A stretch of DNA of 64,000 nucleotides from Kondoa subrosea (taxonomy: Eukaryota): positions 1,313,941 through 1,377,940 of the forward strand of contig BCIN01000003.1 in NCBI GenBank assembly GCA_039545335.1. The letters run 5' to 3'. Shown here piece after piece: positions 25,320 to 38,754 of this stretch. How positions within the stretch are numbered: position 1 is the stretch's first letter; each line of letters starts with the position of its first letter. The position numbers were made by a program, and so were the translations under genes. The notes beneath the pieces were generated by a model, which did not search any database, was not told the origin of the DNA, and worked only from the letters and a program-made list of their open reading frames with translations.

Positions 25320-28241
25320 ATGCCGCCCTATGCACCCTCTTACAAGGCTCTGGGCAAGAGGAAACAGACAACAGAAGATGACCTGCCCGTGTCTGAATTG
25401 AACGAAGCGCTAGATTTGCAGCAAGACCAAGATTCTGTTCACGGTGCTTCTGACGATGAAAGTGCTGGAGAGACTGAAGAATTCCCTGAAATATTCGCTG
25501 GCGATGACTCCGATGAGGATGATGGCGAGGAAGATGAGGACGAGGAAGATGAGCTGCAAAGAGAACGCTTAGAGGAAGAATTGCTTGAGCAAGAGTTGTT
25601 AGCTGAAGAAGAAGAAGAAGACGATGACTTGGATTCAGACGCTGACTCTATCGACTCTTCAGATCCAGATGCTTTGGATAAATTGATCGCAAAGAAAACG
25701 AGCAAACCTTACGAAGCTAATGGAGATGATGACTTACTCACGCCTGCTACTTCTCTGGATGAGCTTGAAAGGAATTCTATATTGGGCTATGATGCGAGAA
25801 ACTTCAATGCGAAACGGCGACAGGTTGTGTCGGAAATTACGGGCGAAGAGAAATTTGAATGGGATGAAATCGAACCTGGATATGGGAGTGAAAGCGGCGG
25901 AGAAGACGAGGTCGGTCAGATCAAGTGATGTGTCGTTTGAGGACTTATCGTCCCTTCATCGACAGCCCGTCAATCGCGTTGGCAATATTCCAGCGCATTT
26001 CTACGATGATATGCCTCATATTGGTTATGATATTGATGGTAAAAGAGTCATGCGGCCTGCAAAAGGTGACGAGCTGGACAAATTCCTTGCTTCCGTCGAC
26101 AAATCGTCCTGGTCAGTCAATCTGCTTGGAACACTGCTCCATAGCATGCTTATGATGATACAGGACCGAGGTGGAGGATAAGCTTATGCAATCGAATGTT
26201 CAATTGACAGATGAAGAGCTGGATCTTATACATCGTCTATCTCGTTCGGAAAACCCTGATGCCTCATATGATCGTAAGTCAAGTCCCTCTATTGCTGCTG
26301 CTTCTACGACACCTGTTGACCTTGAATTTATGATAGCCTACGCACCTACCATCGAATATTTCTCTTCCAAAGTAATGGAAACACCCTTGAGCGGTAGACC
26401 AGAACCTAAGCGCCGCTTCGTCCCATCCAAATGGGAGCATAAAAAGGTGCGTTGCGAGGGATCCACCATGAAATTCATCTCAATAAGCAATTCGTGTAAC
26501 GACAGGTTATGAAAATCGTGGCCGCTATCAGGTCGGGTCGAATTGTACCCAAGAAGCCTGCTCCTACATCTCAAGAGCTATACAACATCTGGTCAGACAC
26601 TGATCAAGCTAGAGCAGATCATCCAATGCATATGCCAGCACCTAAACTCAAACTACCGACTCATGCCGAATCTTACAATCCTCCTGCAGAATATCTCTTC
26701 ACAGAAGATGAAGTCAAAGAATGGACCGAAGCTGATCCAACAGATCGGAAACTGGATTACATCCCACAAAAATTCGATTCTCTCAGAAAAGTACCTGGTT
26801 ACTCTAATTTCGTTCAACAACGGTTCGAAAGATGTTTGGATCTATACCTAGCACCAAGAATGAGGAAGAAGAAACCGAAATTCGATCCAGAGGAATTGGA
26901 ACCTAAATTACCTTCACCTTCTGAACTAAGACCTTTCCCTACTACTTGTGAAGTTACTTATCCTCATCCGAATGGAGTGAGGTGTAGAACTATCTCCATT
27001 GATCCGGAAGGAAGATGGGTCGTGACTGGTGCGGATGACGGAATTGTCCGATTGTGGGAATGTAGAGTTGGCAGATGTCAAACGAGTTGGCATGTGGGTA
27101 AATTGGCCAAAGGTGAGAGTACGCCTATTCAAAGCGTGGAGTGGTGCCCTGTCAAAGGAAGGAACTTTTTTGTTGTCGTCTCGTGAGTGATCCCGTCTTC
27201 TGTGTCGAATTTTCGGCTAAAGAATCTGGATCAATTCACAGCGAGAACAAAGTTACAATCATCTCACCGTCGGACGTTCTCAGTCCTGATCAAGCAGACT
27301 CGACAGCCAATTATCTCAATACTGCCTTTTCAGCACCTCAAACAGCTACTTCGGAATCTGCTGCCAAATGGTCTAAAGCTTCTGAAGCTGATCGAGAGCT
27401 TGGTATTATGTTGACGATCGATGTAGTCGGTACACCAAAACAAGTGACTTGGCATAAACGAGGAGATTATTTCGCTACTGTCTCTCCTGATGGTGAGTGG
27501 TGGAATCGCTCTAGCTGTTTTTTAAGCTTAAGCTGATATCGTCTCACAGCTGGCAGCCAAGCCGTTCTCATACATCAAGTCACAAGACATCATACTCAAG
27601 CGCCGTTCAAGCGAATGAAAGGAGCAGTTCAGAAAGTTGCTTTCCATCCTACTAAAGCGCATTTCTTCGTTGCTGTGAGTTTTGCGAAATGATTGGCGCA
27701 TTGTTGTGCTTATCTACGTCGGGAAAACCTCACAGACTCAACGTACTGTTCGACTATATGATTTGATGGCACAATCATTAATCAAGACACTCAATCCTGG
27801 TCTGAAATGGATTTCAACAATGGATGTACATCCTCTAGGTGAGTTTCCTGAAAACTTGTAAGGCTACTTTATATCGAGAAATTGTTTGCAGGCGATCATA
27901 TCATTATCGGATCTTACGACAAACGAGTAGTATGGCATGATCTCGACCTCTCTGATCGACCGTACAAGACCTTACGCTATCACCCTAAAGCTATCCGATC
28001 TTTACAATTTTCTACAGCTCATCCACTCTTCTTATCCGCTTCCGACGATGGCACAATTCATGTCTTCCACGCAACAGTCTATTCAGATTACATGACTGAA
28101 CCTTTGATCGTCCCCTTGAAAGTGTTACGAGGACATGAAATTAAGGAAAGTTTAGGTGTATTGGAAGCGAGGTGGCATCCGAAAGAACCTTGGGTTGTTT
28201 CCGTCGGTGCTGATGGGGTTGGACGATTATTTGTACAGTAG
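25320..28241 (+). CDS. ERB1: Ribosome biogenesis protein Erb1/BOP1 (WD40)
   Basis: [78 protein letters not shown]40 C-terminus. Confidence 0.97.
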
Positions 28242-28306
28242 ATTTTACCACATTGCATCTGCTTCTACCCACGAGTGTTTGTTGCTGGTCTTGATTCTTT
28301 CAATTT

Positions 28307-28842
28307 TCAATTTGATGCTGCTTCAGATTCTGCGTTGATTGTCTGAGTCTTCCTCGGGGAGTTAGCTTCTCTAAGAGCATATAGAGTCAGCCATGATGCG
28401 AAAGTGAATTTATCGACACGAACCCATTGATCTCTGCCGCTCTTTGTTGAACAATCTCCAATCCAGCATTCGCACCCTGACTAGTTCCATGCAGCGCATC
28501 CATAATTTTCAACAACCTCTCCCTTTGCACTCTACTCTGCGTATCTCTAATCTCTTCCAACTTTGTAGTAGCAGCAGTGTTCAAGAGTGCTTTACTCGTC
28601 AAAGTGAAATCGTTACGAAGTTCATAACCTCCAGCTTTCTTGAAAGATCGACTGTCCAATTCAGACCATCCTAAACTGCTTGGTAGAGTTTTGAGATCTC
28701 TGTCTAGTAATTCAGAATCCACGACCGATTTCAAAGTAGAGGGGGAAGGGAAAGAAGAGGATTGATGATACAGGTCTATGAGAGGTCGGAGTCGTTCTGC
28801 TTGAGTGCGAGCTGCTTTTCTGATCAAAGGAGTGGAGAACAT
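28307..28842 (-). CDS. Hypothetical protein, possibly mitochondrial (basic amphipathic N-terminus)
   Basis: 151-aa ORF MFSTPLIRKAARTQAERLRPLIDLYHQS...; probable 3' intron and short final exon ending EAASN*. Confidence 0.55.
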
Positions 28843-29049
28843 CGTCGAAATGAGAAAAGAATAATGTTGGAGCGAAACGATTATAGCTTCAAGTCTGAGT
28901 TAGTCTGAGCGGCGCGATACCACAGTGAGAATGATATCAGAATTACGGGCTATGCCTCAGAGGAATTGGACTGCTATCGTCAATTCGCCAGATCTTGGAA
29001 TTGTGCTGTGGACTACTTTGAGCCCTGCTGTCTTTACTTCTCTCGTTGT

Positions 29050-30091
29050 GCATCTCTACGTAGCACTGCTTCTCGTTGTTGAAAAGACAAACGTCAGCGA
29101 TTTGAATAGAAGCTATTTACAAGTCTAAGTGTCCGTGGTTGAAATCCAATGCTGTTTCAAAGACTCTTTCGACGCCTGCTAGTAGGCACAGGATAATATC
29201 GAAGATCCTGCAACCTGGGCTCAGTCGTTTACTGATCGCAACTAGAAAAGACTGACTATGCAACCCTTCCTGAAGTTATCGCTTGCCCTATGAATGAGTC
29301 TTTCTTCTTTGTCCGTCACATGGCCAGGAGGGGTCGGCAAGCCATGGCTAATCTCAGGAGCTTCGTATTCCAGGACGTCATATCCTTTGTAGTGTTTGTT
29401 GTTCGCGGCTTTCCAATTGAAGTGGTACATGCTGAAGATCATCTCCACCGCGATGCCTACGAGCCTCTCTTTCTTAATCTTCGTCACAAAGGTTTCTTGT
29501 CCGGTCGGATGCATTTTAGGAATTAGCTCTTCAGCCAATTCGATAGCATTTGCATGTCTGCTCCCATCAAGCAACTCAGGCGCTTCCACAAATTCGCCAC
29601 GGTTTCTCAACCGATAGCTTACAAGCTGATCCGCAACCTGCATCAGATTACATTCTCAGAGCTTACGCGAACATACCTGCATCTGCTTGCCCGCGGTCTC
29701 TTTCTTCTCTCTTTCTTGATCTAGTGAGAGAATCTCTGAATGCATAGGGCCATTGTATGCAGGATGCAAGAGCGGTTCTGCGCGGAATTCAGGCTGTTGA
29801 GCCCCACGCTCGCGATTCTGATTCCGGTTTAAGCGCTAGTGATAGCAGAAGCAAGTGGAAGGAAGATTCGACCCTTACCAATTGTACTTTCGAAACTGTC
29901 TCGACATGATTTTTATGGCGAGCTTCTCTTCTGGCCGAGTCACCAGGTACTAAATAGCGCTTGAATGTAGCGACAGCAGAATTGCTCATATGTCTCAAGC
30001 TGTTTCCGATAGTGCATCAGTAGCTACTCTTCAAGCATCGGGTAAGAATGAGTCACGGGTTTGGACGCTGTATAGCAGAAATCATGGGCAT
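29050..30091 (-). CDS. Hypothetical multi-exon orphan protein (3' end approximate)
   Basis: Coding-like ORFs 29789-29998 and 29242-29643 separated by GT-AG introns with CTGAC/CTGAT branch sites; candidate start MPMISAIQRP. Confidence 0.45.
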
Positions 30092-30688
30092 TTTGTGAAG
30101 ATTACTGGCGAAATTGTGGTAGAAGGAAGACAAAGAGCTTCGCAAACGAGGCGACTAAGGGCCCTATAAGATGATGACTTCTTCATGACTCATCAGCAAG
30201 AGGCCGGCAAGAACTTCTCGGATCTCAAGCACTTTATCTTGATCCAGACTCATATAATCAGCTCGAAGCATGGGGGAAATTAGATCTCTCAAGTCAAAGC
30301 AAAAATGACAAGCATAAGAGACAAAGGGGACGAGTTTGCGGTAACATCATCTTGACGACAATAAAGGAAGACATCGAGAAAGACCAAAGCATGCGGATGC
30401 AAATGCAAACAGAGATCAGAAAAGTTGGTATTCAAATTATTTTAAGAAGAAGAGGGTCTGGAATTTGCAATTTGGCATTCTGCCATGTCGCATCAGCAGT
30501 TCACTCGAATGCAGTGTATCATCGAGGAGCCAATAAAGATCTGCTTGGTGCTACTTACGACGGAAATCCCCTGAAGTTTCGAAATTCGATCAGCGACCCC
30601 GACGGCGGTGACCAAGCAGCTCACAGATGACTGCCGATGGGACAATCCACCATGCGATCCACGCGACACCCTGTACCAAAATAGCGCA

Positions 30689-32071
30689 TCACTTCCTCTG
30701 CTTCCCAAGATCAACAACTCGATCCATCCACCACGCAGGTTTGAATCCTTTCACTCTCCACCCCTCACCAACAGAGAACGAGCCTTTTTGTTCCAATCGC
30801 AGTAAAGCCAAACCAATTGATACTTTCTCTTCCGTTTCTGCAGAAGTGACAGAAAGTGTCGATAAGAGTTTCCCAGCTGGCCGAGGTTTCGCTACTGTCG
30901 ATTCGAGAGGTCTGATATCGGTATGAAGATCTGGGAAAGAACCAGGATGAGAAGAAGGTGTAGGTGAAAGAAAAGTAGTCGGTAGAAGTGATTGCGGTTC
31001 TCTGCCGTAATCATAAGCATAATGCTAGATAGCTAGAAATTGGAACATACGGTTCATCTTCTCTGTATATTCGAACAGGCATGATTCGTTTCCGTGTCAC
31101 ACCGGTATGATGCGTTCGAGCTGTCAGCTCTTGCCCAACGTAGCACCCTTTGCGAAAGTCAACTGGAGAGAGCATTAGACAAGTCTCAAGCACAGATCTG
31201 AGTATTCGTACTACCGCCCATATAATCCATATTGCTCTCTAACGGTATTGAAGTTCCAGGCAATAAATCTTTAGGACCTTCAGCAACGCCCAATCGAATT
31301 CTATGCAAATGATAGAACTGCTCATCCACAATCTCAGGTTTCGGTCTTTGCTGTCTCCATTCATTCTCCATCCTCGATTGTTCAGGCCACCATCGTTTAA
31401 ACACATCATCTGGTTTTCTAGCATCTTGCGAATACCTCAAGAATCTCTTGCCTAAACTTGCGTGAGCTGCTCTTGTATCCGCTCTTAGACCGAAATCATC
31501 TTGTAAAGATTGATAATCGAAGGAAGAACCAATAGAAGAAGGGAAAGCTACGTCCACTCTCCAATCTGAGGAAACGTCAAGTAGTTTGACTTTGGATCGT
31601 AAGATGAAACGTTTAAGATGAGATAGTAGAGCATCAGAAATATCTTTGTCGTGTTCTATGAGGAAAGCTTCATCTATAGTTGTTGGTTGATCGAGCGGTT
31701 GATCTGATCTTGGAGGGAAAGCCAGCGTTGGTATATGATGTATGAAGACATCATACAATACTCTACCCTATACACAAACAGATGAACAAGGAGGAAAGAT
31801 GATAAACGAGATGATTCAGGCTGACAGCAGCATTGAACAAGCCCGCATAGATGGTACCTGCATACCGAGTCTTGAATAATTCCATATCGTTCGACACCAT
31901 TCCTTGCAGAAACTTGCTGCTGTCCTTTCCAGACACCCGAAGAAAGCGACGCGAATCCAATGGAGCGATCTTCATCACTCGTGATTGCTGATTCGAAGAG
32001 AAGCAACGCTTAGGACAGCTACATAGTGGTATCTGCTTAACGCTGGGTATCGTTCTAGATGATATACGCAT
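30689..32071 (-). CDS. IBA57: Mitochondrial Fe-S assembly factor Iba57/Caf17 (GcvT-like)
   Basis: [43 protein letters not shown], signature [26 protein letters not shown]. Confidence 0.95.
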
Positions 32072-32184
32072 GACTTGGCTGCTTCAGAAGAAAGAGAAAG
32101 CTTGCACTCGAACTGCGATTTTTGGCATTGAGCGAAACCAGAGCATCCGGCACTCTTCGACAACCAAACACTGAGCAGCTCCCA

Positions 32185-33735
32185 ATGGTTTCTTATGGCG
32201 GGGATGAAATAGGCGCCGTCGTGTTGGATTTGGGCAACAACACGACAAGAGCAGGGTTAGTCTGTTGAGATTGAGCTATTTCGACGAATTGGCTCATAAT
32301 CCGCGACAGTTATGCTGGAGAAGACACGCCCAAAGCTATTATTCCCTCTTCCTATGGCTACATACCTTCTTCTGGCGAAACACCTGAACGTTACTTCTTT
32401 GGTCATGCTGGTCCTTCAATCTGGCGACCTAGGCAAGAAGTTCGAAGTCCTCTGAAAGACTCGATAGTAGAGGACTGGGCAAGTGCAGAGAAATTGATAG
32501 AGAATGTGTTCAAGGATGGGTTACGCATGGATTCATTGGAGGAGAATCCGCTTCTAGTTTCTGAAGCTGCTTGGAACACAACCGCAAATAAGGAACGCAT
32601 GTGCGAATTGGCTTTCGAGACCTGGAAAGCACCTGCCTACTATTCGGTAGACAAGTCTGTACTGGCTTCTTTTGCTTCAGGGAAAGGGACAGCGTTGGTT
32701 GTTGATGTTGGGCAAGAATCTTCAAGCGTGATACCTATCTATGACGGCTTTGTGCTCAAGAAGGGTAGGTACAAAACACACGGAGTCCTTCCCTTGCTCA
32801 GCCCCGAATGCAGGCATTCAGAAATCACCCATTGGTGGAGCGCTTGTCAGCAATCTACTGTATACCCATCTTCGCACTACCTCTTCCAATCCAATTCAGC
32901 CTCATTACCTCATCAAGCAGAAATTTCCTATTGAACCTCGTCTTCAGTCTCGCGCAGTTTTGCATACCGATCGTCTCTACAATTCTTCAGATCCAACCAA
33001 CTCTCTCACCACTCAATCTTTTGCCAATTACGCAGAAATGCAAGTTATGCATGATTTCAAAGAAGCAGCTTGTGGCGTACTGGAAACAACTTGGAACGAA
33101 CAATTAGCTCAACAAAAGGGTGCAAAGCTTTTCGAATTCCCAGATGGGTACAACGATTACTACAGTGCTCAACCTAGATACGCTGTGCCTGAAGTATTCC
33201 ATCAACCAACAGCAGTTATACCGAAAGAGGTCAGTCTCAGTCTCGTTTTGCCTACTTTCGTTATGCTAAACCGTACAATCATTCAGTTCCTTGCTCAAAC
33301 TCTTCCTCCTACAAGTGCCACTATTCCTGCCCCGCAACTTTCAGAAGCTGTTCCTTTATCGCACATGATCATCAACGCAGTCAATGCTTGCGACGCGGAT
33401 GTTTTACCTCAACTTTTAGCCAATATCGTTTTAGTTGGCGGATCTACTCTCTTACCCGGTTTCGCAGAGAGATTACAATTCGAGATCAATGCCGTTGCAG
33501 CTGGCGTGCGTATATCTTTCTTTGCTGTTCCCTCTACATCTTCGCTGACTTAAATAATCGAATCATGTAGTTCAAAACCAAGTTACATGCAGCTGGACCA
33601 AGTAGCGAAAGAAGATACGCTTCTTGGTTAGGAGGATCAATCCTTTCCTCTTTAGGCACTTTCCATCAACTATGGATCAGCAAAGCAGAGTATGAAGAAC
33701 ATGGAAAAAGCATTGTTTTGAAACGGGCGAAATAG
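32185..33735 (+). CDS. ARP4: Actin-related protein 4 (NuA4/INO80/SWR1)
   Basis: [68 protein letters not shown]. Confidence 0.95.
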
Positions 33736-33843
33736 CATCTCGAAAAAGAGGATATATGGCTTGTATAGTATTTGGGTTATGGTATGAGACGGCTATATGA
33801 GGCGGCTATACAATGCATGTGTTGATCTCATATGATTTTAAAG

Positions 33844-35987
33844 CTACTGGTTGAAATATACTGGTGGACCAGTTCGAAGCTCCCTAGAGCTCGCTCGTAG
33901 TCCTAGAGGTCGGCGGGCTGTTCCAGCTGATCGAGGCAGAGAAGGCTGTCTTCTGCTTGGAGAAGCAGAAGGGGTTGTTGTGGAAGTGAGAGGAGGAAAG
34001 AGAACAGTCGGTTTGATGTCGACGACGTGATCCGATTGGTCGAGTGAGGATTGTTGAGCAATCTGTCCTGATTTTCTACTACAATATCAGCTGTGTTTCT
34101 GAATCTACTATCAACGCAAAACGTACTGTTCGATGGCTCTGGACTTCCTCCTTTTCATTGAAGCGTATAAGGCCAAAACGCATACAATCGGAATAGCCAG
34201 AAGTAATTGAGCTGGATCTACTTGATGCGTTGCAAAAGAAGGCAGAACCAGAGTCGGCAAACTTTTGTTGAGCCAAACGAGAGCAAGGGTGCCGATGAGA
34301 GTTGCAGCGGATCCAAACCTCCACCAGCTAACCACAAGCGCGATAAGACCCAGTCTGAGACCTAGACAAGACATTAAATTCGGTTTACTTCTGCAATACT
34401 AACAGCTCACCTGTGGATGTGAAATCGGGAAAGACCGAATTCATCAATGCACTGGTGGCCGCATGTACTCCATCTAAAGTTGTGGATAAGGCTGCTGCTC
34501 GTTGCGTTGAGGTGTCAATTATTGTCTAAACAGCGAGTATGCTCAGTTCCAGCTAGACGTATGGCTAGCTTGGGAAATACTTACATTCAGCTGCTCCGCA
34601 CTCTTCAAGTCGTCTTCTAAGCGCGAGGCAAGTTGATCAGAAGTGCCAACGAGCGATTGAACGGCCCCATGTGCAGACTGGACAGCTCGAATCTGCTGTG
34701 CGATTGCTTGACCAACATCAGCCTGTGAGAAAGCATTAGCCACATCGATCTAGGCATGTGTTCTACTTACTGAGCGCTCTTCAATATCTCTGAAAGCGTT
34801 GTTCACGCCTTGCTGGCGAGATACTAGAGCGAGATCTATTCCGGCGAAACCTTGTTGTAGTTGTGACAGGTGCTATAGATCAAGATGTAAGACTCTCTTA
34901 CTTATAGAAGCGATATACATACGCCGTCAAGTGCGTCCTCTAACGAAGCGAACATTGTTTTGACCAACACTCCAGATTGCGTGTCGATTTGATGTTGCAA
35001 GTGCTCCAGCATGCTTTGCATCTTAATAGGTATCTGATCAACTGAGTCAATATACTCGATAAGAAGGCATAAATCGACCGACAGAGGCAAGACCATCATT
35101 GCTAGCGCTCATGACTTCGGAATAACCTTGCTGAGCTTGATCCGTTTGCTTTTCTTGCCTATGCAAGAGCTGTGACATCGCCTGTTGCCGCAATCTTTGA
35201 TCAGCTCGACCTAAAAGCTCGATTACAAAAACCGCATACGTTTAGCTCATTCTGAAATTTGGACAGCACTTGCTCCGTCTTTGCATAACCTTCGAATTGT
35301 CGCTGCAGATCTTCTTGATATCGCTCTCGACTCTCTTCCTCGCGATCTCGAGCATTCTGTAGAAAGTCTTGCATCGAAAGACTAGTGTTTGCGTATAGTG
35401 CCTTTGCGATATCTTGGTCCATTAATCTACAATAGAAGCGAATTAGATCAGCCTGCAGCGAGAAGAGGTCAAGGGTTACCGTTTCTGAGCAAAGCACACT
35501 GGCACAATCTTTTGCATATAGCCTGAATACGCAAAGTATCTGTAAAGCCGCTCAGCATATCTTACTGTAATCAAGGACTAAAAGCCTACTGCTGAGGTGA
35601 TCTAGCCAAAGCTTGGATACAGTAACGGACAGCAGGCATAGCGGCATTGGCTAAATTGAGACATTCATGCGGAATGGTGCCAATCTGTCGAAGTTCGCAT
35701 ACTGCCATACTTGCAGCTACCCTCATCCGAGCATCCTCACTCCCTACAGATTGTAAAGCGGAACAGGCTTCTGGTAGAGCTTGAGAAAAACAATCGTGCA
35801 AGTAAAGATCTTGTTGCTCGACTACTGCTATTTCGGAGGGCAGAGCTGCTAGCTTTTCCACTTCTGCTAGTACATCTATTGATTTGACATCCTCTGAGGC
35901 GACTTCAACGCTGCTAGACCAAAGACCAGCTTCAGTAGAGCGCAATTGCGCAAAGAGAAGACACAGCAGAGATATAGACAGCCGCAT
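33844..35987 (-). CDS. KAR5: Nuclear fusion protein Kar5/Tht1 (GEX1/Brambleberry family)
   Basis: Signal peptide; Cys-rich domain DCFSQALPEAC...RMRVAASMAVCEL...IPHEC...CIQALARSPQ...YSGYMQKIVPVC; coiled-coil exons; C-terminal TM segments and basic tail. Confidence 0.8.
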
Positions 35988-36273
35988 CTCAAGATCAAGA
36001 TGACGGCTCAGATGACTGTCAAGAGCAAGATAGAGAGCAACAGAGCAGATTTGTTTTGATCAGAAGCTAGAAGCTGCATTCTGACTTCGCAATGACCTAT
36101 TGTTTGTCTGACTCTGTCAAGGTGCCCGTGCGTGATGATCGCATTGAAACTAGAAAGGGGCTCGTGATCGCAGAATACGATATCATATGATTGAATGTAC
36201 AGGTATCGTTACTAAAGAACGGCTCTCGCTCTAGTAGAAACTCGAACTTAATTCGATCGCGACTTTTGTATTA

Positions 36274-37609
36274 TTATTGTCCTTTATGCTGCTTCCGATC
36301 GAGCTTGACCCAAGTCAGGAAGACATCTTCAACTACTGCTTCTTCGTTCACCTTCTCTATTCTTGCTTGAGGAAATATCAAATCTCCTGCATCATCAGCG
36401 TTCCCCTTGATGAGTTCCCAAGGTCTAGTCTGCTCGAAGGGTTCGCTCAACACAGCTTGGTTCTTCTTATTGATCTTGAAGCATCGCGATCGGTGCAAGC
36501 TCCAATCTGAGAGCAGTAGCTTCAGGTGTGTTCAAAGGACAAGTGGAGACACTGACCTGATGTCTGGCAAGCGACAGCTATTCTCTCGGTGAGCAATGGC
36601 TGGAGAGGATTAAAAGCAATGACTTACAGCAGTAACGGACAGCAGCACAATTCGCACAAGGTTTGAACTCTTTAATCGCTTCTATGCTTTCTTTCCATCG
36701 ACCGCATCCATTGCAAGCACCAAGAAAGGCTCCTGTTGGCTTATATGGCCTTCTATACGGTGTCGAATCTCCTCTGCTCTTGAACATTTCTGGATTATTT
36801 TTCACAGTATCTTCGCACGTTCTACATCTCTTGACAGGATCTTCAATAAACCAACTGCGATAGAAAGTATTCACATGTCCGTGTTTGGAACTTTCTAGAG
36901 GATGACGTAGGAACACCGCCAGCAGCTCGTTGGAACCCTGCAACGCTTCAAAGCCTTCCAACTCCTGCTGAGACAATGACCTTTCGAATTGTTTATCTAG
37001 CATTTGCTGCAAGTTGCCGATAGCCCGAAGAGGTTTGCTCGATCGCTGTATATTGTCGAAGGCTTGCTGACAGATAAAAGGGTTTGATGAATAGAACTTG
37101 TATAACCCTACTACCAAAGAGCACAATAACATAATTCCCGTCTCGCCCACTACGTCTGGTTTGCCTTCTGCTGAGTAGTAACAATCCACATGGACTTCAT
37201 ACAGTTCCAACAAGGCGATAAACATTCTGCTGGCATAGATGGGTGGAAAGTGTCGAAGATGATCCAACTGTTCCAAATCTCGTCGGAGCTCCCAAGCGAA
37301 GGCTATAAGGTGTTGCTCTGGATCACTGCTGACCAGCAGGGACCATCCGACATCTGGAACATGGACGGAACGAGCGATGAGGTATGCGGTAACGACTTCA
37401 ATGTCCTCTAGGAAAAGCAGAGGTTGTTCGCTAACGATAAGACGAAGTGCAAGCACAGTGATGGGAAGAGGGACGTCGGTAGCACCCGCTCTTCGTATGT
37501 GTCGAACAATGCGGGCTGTCATGGTGAGATCTTGGGAGTCTTGCAGGTATTGGTCTGCCATGGCTCTTGCCTTGAGCATCAGATCAGGTTGAGGGGTAGT
37601 TGCCATCAT
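36274..37609 (-). CDS. MYND zinc-finger protein
   Basis: Spliced CNGC...CANCAAVRYCSVACQTSDWSLHRSRC (MYND pattern), assembled through a 21-nt exon. Confidence 0.8.
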
Positions 37610-38140
37610 ACAGGGAGAAGTACGAAAGGACACAGAGCTCTGATTGTATGATTCGTTTAAAAGGAAGGCAGAATTCGCAAAAGCCCGTGCTTGATCTAAG
37701 GCAAGCCACTAGTAATGTGAGGAGTCGTGACAAGGTGTCTAGCTCGCAAGATCTATTGAGCGGACGTTACAGACAAGAGTTGTACAGGAGACGATTATTA
37801 AGCAGCGCTCAGCAGGTCTGAAGACGCATGAGTGGAGTGATATATGTACACTTATATAGTACAATGTCCCTTTAACACGCTTCTGCGGACCTCGAATCAC
37901 GGACTTGGAAGAAGACAAAGCATGCGTTTTCCAGCAAATCTTATGCCCAAACTAAGGTCAGCCAAAGATGCAACCTTGAAAGCCGAGATCGCTGTCGCCT
38001 CAAGGCGACTCGTCGAGCCAGCCTGATAGCACTGCTGATGATTCGCGATCAGATGAAATCGGCAGACCCATTGCAGGAGACGAACCGCACAAGCTCCAGA
38101 AGCGCTTACCCAGACGCTCGGCATAGCATGGCTGATCTGA

Positions 38141-38591
38141 CTATACATGCGAGCTTGCCGAAGGTGCATCAGGCGAAGTCGACTCAGACGCTTGTTTGCC
38201 AGATGTTCCAGGATCGATACCTGCTCAAATTGAGTTCCATTTCTTTCTCAGATATAGCCAGCATACCGCGGAAACGTTTGCGCATATCAAGCTGGCCTCT
38301 GATTAGCTCATTGCCGTGAAGCAGACAAGGCTATTCACCATCGCTCGCTTGCATTCAAAGTATGCCTGCCTTTGATGCTTGACTGCATCAGGCATATCGT
38401 CCATATGATGCGTTAGACAATCTTGCACAGCGGAGACGTCTGGGTTATCCCGATCTGGGTGATTCTATTAACTTTCGCTGAATCAGTCTTTGACACATCA
38501 GTCTCGCTTGAAAGACAAAGACCTGGTAACAGGGCGACTCAATGATGCATCTTATGAGATCCAGCTTGATTTTCTGACACGAAGAGGCCAT
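38141..38591 (-). CDS. PET191: Cytochrome c oxidase assembly factor Pet191/COA5 (CX9C)
   Basis: Four exons: MASSCQKIKLDLIRCIIESPCYQ|NHPDRDNPDVSAVQDCLTHHMDDMPDAVKHQRQAYFECKRAM|LDMRKRFR|GIDPG...HV*; ECKRxMLDMRKRFRG is the Pet191 signature. Confidence 0.88.
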
Positions 38592-38754
38592 TGTGTTGGT
38601 TTGAGACCAACTCACTATTATTTTGGCGATGATGGCTTGTCCCAAAGCAGCCGCTGAGCGTATACCATTGAGCAATCTGTGCTGCTGTACTTACCATCGG
38701 AATCTTCTTTGATATACAATTGCAGCACCTCTGTCGTCCCTCAGGCGGCTGGCA

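Noticed and set aside
19257..35987. HMG-box gene plus KAR5 as a mating-type locus
   Set aside because: The HMG box is HMGB-like rather than MATA-type; no homeodomain pair, STE3 receptor or CAAX pheromone ORF found
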